A stretch of 63,745 nucleotides of DNA, filler included, from Octopus bimaculoides (lineage: Eukaryota): the NCBI RefSeq assembly GCF_001194135.2. It is 4 parts of 4 records of this genome, joined end to end, with 100 filler letters (N's around TTAATTAATTAA, not from the genome) between each part and the next. Parts side by side here need not be neighbours in the genome. Positions count along the whole stretch, not along the records: positions 30,796 to 40,745 come from NC_069010.1; positions 40,846 to 58,827 come from NC_068986.1; 2 more parts are not named here. One strand, 5' to 3'. Position numbers and translations under genes: made by a program. Each line of letters starts with the position of its first letter. Within the stretch, counting starts at the first letter, position 1. The notes beneath the pieces were generated by a model. It ran no database searches, had not been told where the DNA came from, and saw only the letters and a list, made by a program, of their open reading frames with translations. Shown here in pieces: positions 39,216 to 51,700 of the stretch.

Positions 39216-40327
39216 GATGGTCATGATGGTGAAGATGGTGGTGGTGGTGGTGGTGATTGCTGTCATCACTGGTGAAGGTGATGATGATGGTGATGACAAT
39301 GATGTTGTCGTCATCGCTGTTTGAGTTCTTCCTCCCCCTCCCCTCTAGATCACTTACTACTATGGTCCAGCTGTTTCCGGCCATGACCATCCTGTCTTGT
39401 CTTTCACTTTAGAAGAGGGGGGGAGTGTCTTGTTTGAGCAGAGACAACAAGATAGTACGATTTTAGGGAGATTTTGGCTGCTATTTCTAGCCATTTGAAG
39501 GAACCACTTGGAGGTTTCTTCACTGCTTCATGACTGCGATGGTGATGATGACGATGATGATAAATTGGTAAAGAAAAGATTTAGCTGATGGTGGTCATAG
39601 TTGGACTCTGTTGTAGGAGAAGAGCAAGAGGTGTAGGGATATGTGTTTTGGTTAAAGCAGTTGTAGTCCTGCTGTGTACGTACTGCCAAACCACCTTGGG
39701 GAATGTTAAGCCAATGAGTGACTGACAACATATCCAGGAGATGGTTTGTCTCTCTTTGTGCTAGTACACTATATTTCACATAACCTCAAATTGCACTTAT
39801 CTGTGTTCAGTGAGCAAAATATTTACCTCCAGGATATGTGGGGGAATATTAAGCTGCGAGAGACTGATGACTTATCCCGGAGAAGATGTATCTCTCATCA
39901 CTGTGTCTCTGTGCAAGGGAGAACACTATATTCCACATAACCTCAGTTTACGCTCTTGGCTGTGATAAGATAATAGGTACCACTGGATCATGTGAGAGAA
40001 AGTTAACTTTGAATAGACTGGTGTCCTATCCTGGAGCAGTGATTTAATCTCATATTTGGTGTTCATGTCAAGCATTGTAGGGGGGATGATATGAACTATT
40101 CCTATTGTGGATTGTCAGGCTTAGTATGGCTCTGCGTGTGTGTGCGTTTGTGTGATGCTCAGAGAGGTGGTCATGGCTAACACTTTGGTCTGAGGTGGTG
40201 GTGGTAGTGGTGATAGTGAAGGGGTTTTGTCGCCTCAGAAATTGAGTTTTGGTCATCCTGGTAACCTGGCACACTCGTTCGTGCTTTTAACTATTGCTTC
40301 ACCTGCAGATCCATGCTTAACTAACAG

Positions 40328-40560
40328 ATTATTATTATTATTATTATTTCTGGTAGGATTTATGTGGGTAGCGGGTTACTGCCTGTTACCTTAGGTATAT
40401 CCACGACCTTCTTGAAAATCTTTCCTGTCCCTAAGAGACAAACTTTCTGTAGAAGCTCCACCGAGCATTAAATTCCAATCTCCTTCAATCATTTGTCTAT
40501 ATCTTTACTCACAGTTCCCAATGCACCAATTATTACAGGTACAACCTTTATAAATTTCAT
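40328..40560 (-). mobile_element. 5'-truncated R4/Dong-like LINE 3' end
   Basis: KVVPVIIGALGTVSKDIDK..LLQKVCLLGTGKIFKKV, flanked on both sides by (ATT)n. Confidence 0.85.
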
Positions 40561-40571
40561 ACTCCACTTAA

Positions 40572-40619
<48 letters not shown>

Positions 40620-40638
40620 CATTATTGTTGTTGTTGTT

Positions 40639-40745
40639 AAGGCGGTGAGCTGGCAGAATCATTAACACACCAGGTAAAATGCTTATTTGCATTTTGTCCG
40701 TTTTTGTGGTCCGAGTTCAAATTCCGCCGAGGTCAACTTTGCCTT
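40639..40745 (+). mobile_element. SINE family A, cut by a scaffold join
   Basis: Head through GTCAACTTTGCCTT, then N. Confidence 0.85.
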
Positions 40746-40789
40746 NNNNNNNNNNNNNNNNNNNNNNNNNNNNNNNNNNNNNNNNNNNN

Positions 40790-40801
40790 TTAATTAATTA
40801 A
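40790..40801. other. Artificial six-frame-stop scaffold linker
   Basis: Same 44+12+44 structure. Confidence 0.95.
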
Positions 40802-40860
40802 NNNNNNNNNNNNNNNNNNNNNNNNNNNNNNNNNNNNNNNNNNNNTATATATTATTATTA

Positions 40861-40884
<24 letters not shown>

Positions 40885-40893
<9 letters not shown>

Positions 40894-41600
40894 TGATGAA
40901 AACTCAGCTTATTTTGCTGGGCATGATGGAAAGTGTCAGCTGCCCACAGCCAGCAGACTAAGGTGACACTTGTTTACTGGTCATGTTTCAAGAACCCTGC
41001 GAAGAATTCTTACAGCTCCAAACAATGCTGGTATTTGAGTGCTGATACTTCCAAGTGCACCAATTACTATTGGTAACACGTCTACCCTCTCCATTAACCA
41101 AAACCTTCGTATTTCCCTCTTCAAATCGTCATAGTTGTTTATTTTTTCTTCTTTCACATTGATCCTGTTGTCACCGGGTCATGTTATGTCGATTATCATA
41201 CATGTTCTTTCTTTTTTATTCACCGTAACAAAGTCCGGTTTCCGATGTCTGGTCGGGTGATCCCACAGAATTTTGCAATTCTCATTTTCGGTGCTTCTGG
41301 AGTTTGCTCATACCACGTCTTTGCTCTTTGTAGGCCGTGGTTTCCACAGAGCTCCCAGTGGATCATTCTTGCCACATTGTCATGGCGTCTTTTGTATTTG
41401 CATTGTGTCAATTTCAGGCATTCGCTAACGATGTGCCATATCGTTTCACACCTCTCACCACACATTCTGCAGTTACCGCTATCGGTAGTGTTGTCTATTC
41501 TGCACTTCATATAGTTGGTTCTTAACGCTTGTTCATGAGCTGCGCATATGAGTGTTCCTGTCTCTATCTTCAGATCACTCCTCGCCCATAGTTACACCTA
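40885..41600 (-). mobile_element. R4/Dong-like LINE 3' end (CCHC knuckle plus restriction-like endonuclease)
   Basis: AAHEQALRTNY..CRMCGERCETIWHIVSEC..YKRRHDNVAR, KPDFVTVNKKERTCMIID, LPIVIGALG. The 3' end abuts (ATT)n. Confidence 0.9.
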
Positions 41601-41807
41601 AACAATTTGTTTGCCTTCCTCGACATACTAGTCCTTGAACTGTCAATTTGTTACTGTCCAAGAGAAATGTTAAATACAAGGAGAGCTGCGAGTGTTATGA
41701 AAACACTAAGTTTCTTTACAAGCCAACAAATCAGCGAATAACCACTATACTTGTAATAACTACACCACCCACATAGATACTCACAAAAGATACTGAATAC
41801 TTATATA

Positions 41808-42300
41808 TACGATAGGGTACTCAAATGAAACAGGAATTTTGCAATATTATTTTATTCACTTAGTTTTACATGTTTACACTTTTATTGCCTTCAAATTATT
41901 CTCCATTTGAAGCAATGCATCGGTCAAGACGCGTTTTCCACTGTTCGAAGTAGTGCTGGAACTCTTGCGAAGTGATGCTTTTTAACACCTCCGTCGTTTT
42001 TTTTTTTGCTTCACCTCTTCCACATCTGAAAATTCCGTCGCACCAGCTTTCGTCACCAGTGATGACATTCGAAAATAGTCCGGATCAATTTCCAACTGTT
42101 CTTTCACTTCATGACATATATTCAGTCGTGACTGGTTTTGATCTTTTGTGAGTAAGTGAGGCACAAATTTTGCTACAACCCTTTTCATTCGTAGTTCCTC
42201 GCTCAAAATTCGTTGGCAGGAGCTCCAGACTACACCAGTCATATCAACAAATTCGTCAATTGTTCGCTGATGGTCCTCCAAAATCAGTTCATGGATTTTC
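41808..42300 (-). mobile_element. Internally deleted mariner transposon
   Basis: ORF 41982-42302: KIHELILEDHQRTIDE..SCQRILSEELRMKRVVAKFVPHLLT. Mariner-like terminus near 41808. Confidence 0.85.
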
Positions 42301-42528
42301 ATGTTAGAATGTCAGACCGGATGTCTGGCAATATTTCTTCCTTCTGTTCGCGTTCTGAGTTCAAATCCCGCCATGGTCTATATGGATTGCAGACTTAATC
42401 CATCGCTTGATTTAACATTATCACATGGCACCTTTGGTACCTTGAGCGGAGTTTCACTCTGTAGCTAATATTGGAGTAAGGTCTTGGGCTTAAAGACACC
42501 TTCCTCCCATCATTATTGGAGACCCTGT

Positions 42529-42753
42529 GAGGCGGCGAGCTGGTAGAATCGTTAGCACACCGGATAAATGCTTAGCGGCATTTCGTCCGTCTGCACGTTC
42601 TAAGTTCAAATTCCCGTGAGGTCGACTTTGCCTTTCATCTTTTCAAGGTCGATAAAATAAGTACCAACCTGTTAAGTGTTGGGGTCGATGTAATCGACTT
42701 ATCCATTCAGCCTCCGAAATTACTGGCCTTGTGCCAAAATCTGAAACCATTAT
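42529..42753 (+). mobile_element. SINE family A
   Basis: Full copy. Confidence 0.9.
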
Positions 42754-44319
42754 TGAAGGCCCTGTAGTCAAGGACACTACCTTCCCTCTTGACTAAGAAT
42801 ATGTAGAAACAAGCACTCGCTGATATAAACAATGCGTACATGCACACTTGTGTATACACACGTACATATACCGACATGCACACTGATTCATACACATACC
42901 CACACTCTCACACACACACACACATAACATACATACATACATACATACATACATACATACATACATACAATAGCATACATACTTGTATACACATAAACAC
43001 ATCATACAAATGCAGTGACGTAGCTGCACATTCGTACCACCCCACCATCAACACTACCACCATCAACACTACCACCACCACCACCGCAAACATCATCACT
43101 GCCACCATCATCACCACCACCATTCTCTCATCACCACCACTTACACCATCCGTATTATTGCTACTATCGCACCACCACCATCACCACTACCACCACCGTC
43201 ACTACTACCACAAACGTTACCTTCACCACTATCACCATCACCATCACCATCACACTACCACCACTACCATTACCACTACCGTACGAAATAGATTTATTTT
43301 CTTTCAGTAGAAGCAGTTCCCAGAATTGGGAACGGAAGTGTGTGCTGTTCACTGCAGATAACCCTGTAAGAGGTCATTGTGTAGGTCAACCACCCCAAAT
43401 ATAGGTCTTCAGTGAATATATTAAAAGACAAACAGAGAAATATCGCAGCGTTTTCAATAGAACTGTCTACAGCAACTATTTACTACATCTTTTAAATTTG
43501 GCAACTTAACACTGTTCTATGGCAACACTATTGTTTCAAACTATACACAATTTTTACTGTATAATCTTACAGGTGGCTGCTACATCTGCTGCTGCTGCAG
43601 TTGTTGTTGTTGGTGGGGGGGGGGGTATTATGACGACATTAATACAGGTGCTGTTACTGGTGGTGACAGTGATTGTTGCAGAGGTGAGACTTATTATTGT
43701 GGTGATAGCAGTGGTACTATTGTTGTTATTTGAGAGATAGCGGCGATGGTGGTGGTGGTGGTGGTGGTGATGGCGGCAGTGGCCATGGCGGTTGTGGTGG
43801 CGGCCGAGGCGGCTGCGGTGGTAGGNNNNNNNNNNNNNNNNNNNNNNNNNNNNNNNNNNNNNNNNNNNNNNNNNNNNNNNNNNNNNNNNNNNNNNNNNNN
43901 NNNNNNNNNNNNNNNNNNNNNNNNNNNNNNNNNNNNNNNNNNNNNNNNNNNNNNNNNNNNNNNNNNNNNNNNNNNNNNNNNNNNNNNNNNNNNNNNNNNN
44001 NNNNNNNNNNNNNNNNNNNNNNNNNNNNNNNNNNNNNNNNNNNNNNNNNNNNNNNNNNNNNNNNNNNNNNNNNNNNNNNNNNNNNNNNNNNNNNNNNNNN
44101 NNNNNNNNNNNNNNNNNNNNNNNNNNNNNNNNNNNNNNNNNNNNNNNNNNNNNNNNNNNNNNNNNNNNNNNNNNNNNNNNNNNNNNNNNNNNNNNNNNNN
44201 NNNNNNNNNNNNNNNNNNNNNNNAGTATTATTGCTTCAATATGGCGGACGTCAACGGGTGTGGGCAACTCCTCGTGATATTCTGTGTCGTGTGTGAGTGT
44301 GTGTGTGAGAGAGAGAGAG

Positions 44320-44363
<44 letters not shown>

Positions 44364-44519
44364 AGTGTGTGTGTGTGAGAGAGAGAGAGTGTGTGTGTGT
44401 GTGAGTGCGTATATGTGTTCGTGTGTGTGTGTGTGTGTGTTCTTTAGCCTATTATGGTTTGTTGAATAGTTGTTTGTAAACCATAGCCGAATCTGATAAC
44501 TCTAGTCACAGATTTCAGT

Positions 44520-45140
44520 GCTTCAGAGTGTTTTGTGACCTTTTTTTTCTTTGGTTATTTCTACCTTACACGTTATTTTTCAGATATTTCCTGATTGGAG
44601 CTTTTGTTGCATTCTGTAACAGTTTTAATTTATTTTTAGCGTTTTCATCACAAGTTCTGTTAATTTGCTCATTTCTTCTCACAACTACTTATCAGTTTTT
44701 CTTTTATCTTCTTCATTCTCTGTAGCTATTTGTATTAATTCACCAATATCATTTACAAGTTTTACGGTACCCATTTTACAATAGTTTTCTTGTTGCATGA
44801 GGTCTTTTCTTCCCTTTATTCGTAGCAAATATCTTTTTGCGTCAGAATTTAGGGAGAATAAATACCAATTATATTTTTCTCGTTTATTTTCTGCCTAATC
44901 TTACTAGTTTGCAAGAAATTCTATTGAGAATATCATAACTATGTTGCCTGGACAGCAATAATATTGATGCCTAATTTCTACTTTATATATCTAACTCCAT
45001 TTTAAATATTAGTCTAAGGCGTCAATAATATTCTTCCTTGCCTTTTCTTTTATTGTGTATGTTGTATACTGTCTAGTTCATTGATTCCTAAGTATTTTCA
45101 AATCTGTATTTCGTCTAACTCTCTTATCTCTGGACATGAA
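44520..45140 (-). mobile_element. R4/Dong-like LINE, RT thumb fragment
   Basis: ELDEIQI*KYLGINELDSIQH and SDAKRYLLRIKGRKDLMQQE resemble YKYLGINEGDGIQH and ADVDRLYLPRSEGGRGLIQLE. Confidence 0.65.
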
Positions 45141-46340
45141 ACACACGAAGTTTATTCTTGACGAATATCATTGAAGTAAATGTACACGTTATCATTTTGT
45201 CTTTTCTTTGAAACACTAAGTTCAACTTGTGAAGATGATCAGTGATGTCTACCAACAAAGCTGAGTGTGCCATCTATTCTTTATCGCTCAACTTAATGAG
45301 AATTTCACTAATTTTGATTGGTGTGTTTTCTCGTACAGATCTGAAGGCACGTATTGTTAGAATAAGATGAAAGGACTGATCTAGCACAGACTCTTTTGGC
45401 AATCATCTTAAAAAATTATACAGTGGCTCATTATATTATGTATCATACTTTCTGAGTAGATTACAGAATTTTCAATGATTCAGTGTATCCGCGAGCGATT
45501 GCACATGAGTGGCTGAGGACGTGTCTGCGTGTCCGCGTGTCTATATATGAACAGACGTATTGTACGACAGTGATAACATATTTCATCTTGTCCTCAAACA
45601 TATCAGAATAAAGATCCGGCAAGTTCTTTTTTTTTTCTGGTTAATAAAATATTGGTAACTGATAGCATTATTTCATGTGTCACGATGATTTTCGAAGACA
45701 GAAAGGAACCTAGCTTCTTACCTCCATCGTTTTCTGTGCCCCAACAGCAATAAAGGAGAATATAAGTTGAACAGAGGTATTGACCTTCTCGATAGCTTCC
45801 ATGAAATATTTAAAACTATTTTCTGTAGTTTCTCTCTTCAAAGAATAAAAATTAAGAAAGTCTCCTCTCACTTTCAAATCGTTATTGATTTCACGCGTGA
45901 AAATTACGCCCTGCGGGTAGTCATATTTGTGCTGTTATCAAGAGCATGAACAACTGCATCATTATTCTCTATCGCCTGGAAAAATTCATCATTCACATTC
46001 ATAATATACAATGACAGATGATGAGCTGCAATGTCAGCTGAGAGATGAAAACATTTGTGTTTGTTTGGCAATTTTCGATCTGTGTAGTCCGCTAGTTCCT
46101 TAATAAGTTCAGATTAGCTCATGATGAGTACAGCTTCTTTATCTTAACAACAGTCCATGAAACCTTGAACGCAGCAATGTTCCTTCTGGCAGTCTGATCC
46201 ATCGTGAAATAAGTTGTACCGTCTTTTGAGTTTATTCTTAAAGACTTTATGTTCCCTATTCTAGCGGAATAGTGAATACTTCGGTTTGTACACCTCTTGC
46301 CAAAAAGTGCTCACTAAATTTCTTCTTCATAATTCATGCG
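45140..46340 (-). mobile_element. Degenerate hAT transposase, Buster/SPIN (GTF2IRD2-like) type
   Basis: Minus frames HALDNSTNM..FSREINNDLKVRGDFLNFYSLKRETT, FIAVGAQKTM and LSDKE*MAHSALLVDITDHLHKLNLVFQRK match recalled LALDESTD, TDGAPAM and LAFLVDITEHLNELNLRLQGK. Confidence 0.7.
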
Positions 46341-47451
46341 AAAATCAAAGATCACACACGCGCATACACACGCCCACACATACACACGCCCACGCATGCA
46401 CACGTCCACGAATGCACACGCATGCACACGCTCACGCATACACATGCACACACGTGCGGATCCCTCCCCACCGCCTAATTACTAAGAATCCTTTTCCTAA
46501 ACAAGACTGAATAGTTGATTTTCTCAATTGACTTTCTCCTTTTCACAGCGCAATTGAAGTATATAGATAAGCGCTGAGGAGACTTAACATTATCACAAAT
46601 ATACATTCACACAAATGAAATCAAATATACGGGAGTGTATTGAGTATTTCAAAAATTATGCACGGTAAGTATGAGAGCGTAGAACATCCGTGTGAGTGTA
46701 TTTGACACCAAAATATTAGTTGGCAACACTGTACCCAAGATGAACAGCATACATCACTTGAAGCGTTGTGTCAGCTATGACATTTTCTAAGGATGGACGT
46801 CTGTTTATAGAAGAAGCTGCATCCAGCTTAAATAAAATGACAAAAATGACACAATGACAAAATGTTGTAGCTTACATAAACGTTTAATAACTATAAACAC
46901 GCAAACACTAAAACTTCAACAATAAAACCACGTTTGTCTTTGAAAAATGACAAAGCTGACACGACATAACTGAGTGAACGTTTGAACAATAACCTATAAT
47001 ACTTTCACTTTAACCCTTTCATGCTGTTGTTGAGGAGATCAGTGCAGTTCTGATATTTTCATATCGAGTTCACTTGCACGAAAGTCCTATCTTGTTATCA
47101 TAACTTTAACGTAATGTATAAATGAGAGTAACTGTCATACTTTTAAGAGAAAAAGAAGCCGTTTTTTAATTTAATGCGTCTTACTGGTACACAATTGTAA
47201 CATATGCTGACTATAATAAGGCTTGGATATATTGATAGCACACTGTCAAAGTTGAATGTGGCATTGTTGGGGAGTATTTAGTAAAGTAATTTATGGAAAC
47301 AATTGTAAATATTCGGACATGTGACACAATGTTCATAAAATTAATTATGATCCGGTGATAAAGAATCTATTTTATGAGTCCAATCACCAGGTGTTCATTC
47401 TGTTTCACTGAGCTGCATGATATTGGTAAAACTTAACATATAGAACATTGT

Positions 47452-47652
47452 TCTAACTAAACATCAACTAAGCATCTCCTAAACGTCAATTAAATATCAA
47501 CTAAACATCAATTAAATGTCCAACTAAGAGTCAAATAAACATCTACATCTAAGGGTAAAATAAACATTAACTAAACATGAAATAAATATCTAACTAATCA
47601 TCTAACTAAATTTCATCTAAACACCTAAACATCAACTAAACATTTAAACATC
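47452..47652. repeat. Degenerate 11-bp minisatellite
   Basis: Unit AACTAAACATC. Confidence 0.8.
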
Positions 47653-47969
47653 TCGAGTCAAATATTGATACAGAGGCTCCATATATTTCTAGGGTTTTAA
47701 ATGATTGTAATAACTGCTATACATTTCTGTAATTTGTTTTACTGATCGTTGAATTATGAAATATAATTACAACACGAATAATTCCTGATTATTGTTTTCT
47801 ATCATCCGTAATGATGGTGCTTTTATTTATCAGTCTGTGTTGTAACCGATATCCTGTTGATCACACTGGTACTAAGTGGGATGTAGGGTCTCCCTTTTCT
47901 TACAAGATAATTAAAAGTGTTACTCGCACTCTATTGTTAGTTTACAGATGTGTACAGCTCTACAAAATA

Positions 47970-48297
47970 ACGTTGCAGTAATGTGCAGGCCTACATCAAT
48001 ATGCAACATTCCATTGTAACGCTACAGAAATGTGCAGATTTTCATTGTATCTTTGCAGCAGTGTGCAGTTTTCATCATAACGTTACAGCAATGCGCAGCT
48101 CTCCATTGTAACGTTACAGCAATGTGCAGCTCTCCGTTTTAATATTATAGCATTATGCAGCTCACCATTGTAACGTTACAGCTGTGTGTACTTACAGTAA
48201 CGTTACAGTAATGTGCAGCTCTGTATGGTAACTTTACAGTAGTGTTTTCCATTGTGACATTACTGTAGTGTGTAGCTCTCCTTTGTAACGTTACAGT
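47970..48297. repeat. Degenerate 31-bp minisatellite with a palindromic core
   Basis: Unit CATTGTAACGTTACAGCAATGTGCAGCTCTC, about 10 copies. Confidence 0.85.
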
Positions 48298-50171
48298 CCA
48301 CAGGTTTTCACTGAGGCTGCACAGTCTTATTGAAAATATGTATTCATTGAGAAAGGTCAATAAATATGTTAACCTTCATTTATTATCCTCAACCAGATCT
48401 GGAAATCTTATATTTCTAGTCTGATATTTACGACCATTAGTAACTTTTTTGTTGAATTAGACCCAGAACACTCGTTTTCCATTACGAGAGCAATGTAATA
48501 ATAAAATTGCCTCCTACCAAAAGACTACCATTACATTTTCAATGAAATTTATATTGTCGTCTACATATTTTCTACCTGTAATGCTACAGACACTTTCCAA
48601 TCCATTTAATTCAATATCTCCAATCCTATGATCTTTATTCTCTTACACCATTCCCATTTCTAGTCGTCTGCTTAGTTTTCTATGGAAATTTATTACTTAC
48701 TTGGCTATTTACAAAATACGGTTTTGCAATTTGTAAAACCAGACAGATTGGCTAATTTAAGGAAATGGCACGAGTCAAAGAATAAATCAATGTAGAAGAG
48801 ATAGCAAAGAAACAGATACAGAGTTATTTNNNNNNNNNNNNNNNNNNNNNNNNNNNNNNNNNNNNNNNNNNNNNNNNNNNNNNNNNNNNNNNNNNNNNNN
48901 NNNNNNNNNNNNNNNNNNNNNNNNNNNNNNNNNNNNNNNNNNNNNNNNNNNNNNNNNNNNNNNNNNNNNNNNNNNNNNNNNNNNNNNNNNNNNNNNNNNN
49001 NNNNNNNNNNNNNNNNNNNNNNNNNNNNNNNNNNNNNNNNNNNNNNNNNNNNNNNNNNNNNNNNNNNNNNNNNNNNNNNNNNNNNNNNNNNNNNNNNNNN
49101 NNNNNNNNNNNNNNNNNNNNNNNNNNNNNNNNNNNNNNNNNNNNNNNNNNNNNNNNNNNNNNNNNNNNNNNNNNNNNNNNNNNNNNNNNNNNNNNNNNNN
49201 NNNNNNNNNNNNNNNNNNNNNNNNNNNNNNNNNNNNNNNNNNNNNNNNNNNNNNNNNNNNNNNNNNNNNNNNNNNNNNNNNNNNNNNNNNNNNNNNNNNN
49301 NNNNNNNNNNNNNNNNNNNNNNNNNNNNNNNNNNNNNNNNNNNNNNNNNNNNNNNNNNNNNNNNNNNNNNNNNNNNNNNNNNNNNNNNNNNNNNNNNNNN
49401 NNNNNNNNNNNNNNNNNNNNNNNNNNNNNNNNNNNNNNNNNNNNNNNNNNNNNNNNNNNNNNNNNNNNNNNNNNNNNNNNNNNNNNNNNNNNNNNNNNNN
49501 NNNNNNNNNNNNNNNNNNNNNNNNNNNNNNNNNNNNNNNNNNNNNNNNNNNNNNNNNNNNNNNNNNNCATACATACATACATACATACATAACGATAATG
49601 ATAATAATAATAATGTAAAAGAATTAGTCAAATGATCGGGGTAAGATGCAGTTTGTTAGTCTTTAACGTAAACACGACTATGTAGAGTATATAGATGACT
49701 CGATAATTGATCAGTAAATTAATTAATCAATTCATCAAATACCTATAACGAGATTGGCCTGAAAATTCTTACAAGATGACAGGTACAGTACCACTCCATT
49801 TCGAAAGTAACAAAGGTTGCATATAATACAATAATCAAATCTGTAAATGAATCGGATGAAAGAGGTCGTTGAGTACTACAATTGTTTCTAAAGCACATCG
49901 GATGCATGTTACGACGTTACAAAACACATCCGGTGTGCTTTTTCGTCAGGTACGAGTGGACTTATATANNNNNNNNNNGTGTGTGTGTGTGTGTGTTTAT
50001 AGAGAGAGACACACGAGAGAGAAATATTGAGAAGGTAGAGAAGCAGAAAGATTAGCAGACATACGTTAGATATATACAAAGGCACAATTATATACATACA
50101 TACATATATATCTAAATATATGTATATACATATGTGCATATACATATATATACATATACATACATACTTAC

Positions 50172-50202
<31 letters not shown>

Positions 50203-51249
50203 CATACATACATACATACATACATACATGCATACATACATACATGCATACATACATACATACATACATACATACATACATACATAACGATAATGATAAT
50301 AATAATAATGTAAAAGAATTAGTCAAATGATCGGGGTAAGATGCAGTTTGTTAGTCTTTAACGTAAACACGACTATGTAGAGTATATAGATGACTCGATA
50401 ATTGATCAGTAAATTAATTAATCAATTCATCAAATACCTATAACGAGATTGGCCTGAAAATTCTTACAAGATGACAGGTACANNNNNNNNNNNNNNNNNN
50501 NNNNNNNNNNNNNNNNNNNNNNNNNNNNNNNNNNNNNNNNNNNNNNNNNNNNNNNNNNNNNNNNNNNNNNNNNNNNNNNNNNNNNNNNNNNNNNNNNNNN
50601 NNNNNNNNNNNNNNNNNNNNNNNNNNNNNNNNNNNNNNNNNNNNNNNNNNNNNNNNNNNNNNNNNNNNNNNNNNNNNNNNNNNNNNNNNNNNNNNNNNNN
50701 NNNNNNNNNNNNNNNNNNNNNNNNNNNNNNNNNNNNNNNNNNNNNNNNNNNNNNNNNNNNNNNNNNNNNNNNNNNNNNNNNNNNNNNNNNNNNNNNNNNN
50801 NNNNNNNNNNNNNNNNNNNNNNNNNNNNNNNNNNNNNNNNNNNNNNNNNNNNNNNNNNNNNNNNNNNNNNNNNNNNNNNNNNNNNNNNNNNNNNNNNNNN
50901 NNNNNNNNNNNNNNNNNNNNNNNNNNNNNNNNNNNNNNNNNNNNNNNNNNNNNNNNNNNNNNNNNNNNNNNNNNNNNNNNNNNNNNNNNNNNNNNNNNNN
51001 NNNNNNNNNNNNNNNNNNNNNNNNNNNNNNNNNNNNNNNNNNNNNNNNNNNNNNNNNNNNNNNNNNNNNNNNNNNNNNNNNNNNNNNNNNNNNNNNNNNN
51101 NNNNNNNNNNNNNNNNNNNNNNNNNNNNNNNNNNNNNNNNNNNNNNNNNNNNNNNNNNNNNNNNNNNNNNNNNNNNNNNNNNNNNNNNNNNNNNNNNNNN
51201 NNNNNNNNNACCCCTCGCCCATTTGATCAAACTGTGGTGGATAAAGTCC

Positions 51250-51700
51250 TGGTTTGCATTCCAATTACATCAAACTACTGGTCCTATCTCTTTATCCAAA
51301 GCCATCTACTGGCCTTCTTTGTAGCTTTAGAGATGGAATTTAAAGCCCTCCCCCTTTGCTGCGCCACCAACCCCAAATCCACTCAGAGCTTTGCAGAATG
51401 AACACACCATAAAATCTTGACGGCTCACTTTTGTTGCCTCGCAACGTGCCTGTCAGCCCTGGTTTGTGCACTGCTTTACGAGCCCCTGCTCTTTGGCGAC
51501 CTTCTTCCATGTATCCCATGCCAAGATCACAGTGAAGTCCCCTATGGCCACCAGTTTGGTGAAATTTGAGAACTTTGTATCTGGGTGGAGTGTCGTTGGT
51601 ATGATGTGGTCGTTCAGTTTTAACCGTTCCAGGAGATCCACTCTCGGCAGCTAGTCGGGAGCTGTGGAAAGTAGTAGGCATGGTGCTCATTGAAGTTTCA
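51250..51700 (-). mobile_element. Degenerate APE endonuclease fragment, RTE-like LINE
   Basis: KLVAIGDFTVILAWDTWKKVAKEQGLVKQCTNQG resembles KLVILGDFNARVG..TWEKVLGRHG.GKCNSNG. Confidence 0.5.

Noticed and set aside
38918-39270. Perfect direct repeat of about 170 bp
   Set aside because: Flanks a 10-N gap; assembly duplication.
49591-50482. Identical direct repeats of about 197 bp (LTR-like or CRISPR-like at first sight)
   Set aside because: 100% identical, each adjacent to gaps and (ATAC)n; most likely a haplotype or scaffolding duplication. No PBS/PPT or spacers.
51340-51690. HRGLHCDL resembling ribonucleotide reductase small subunit DEGLHCDF
   Set aside because: Flanks do not match; the adjacent frame fits a LINE endonuclease better.
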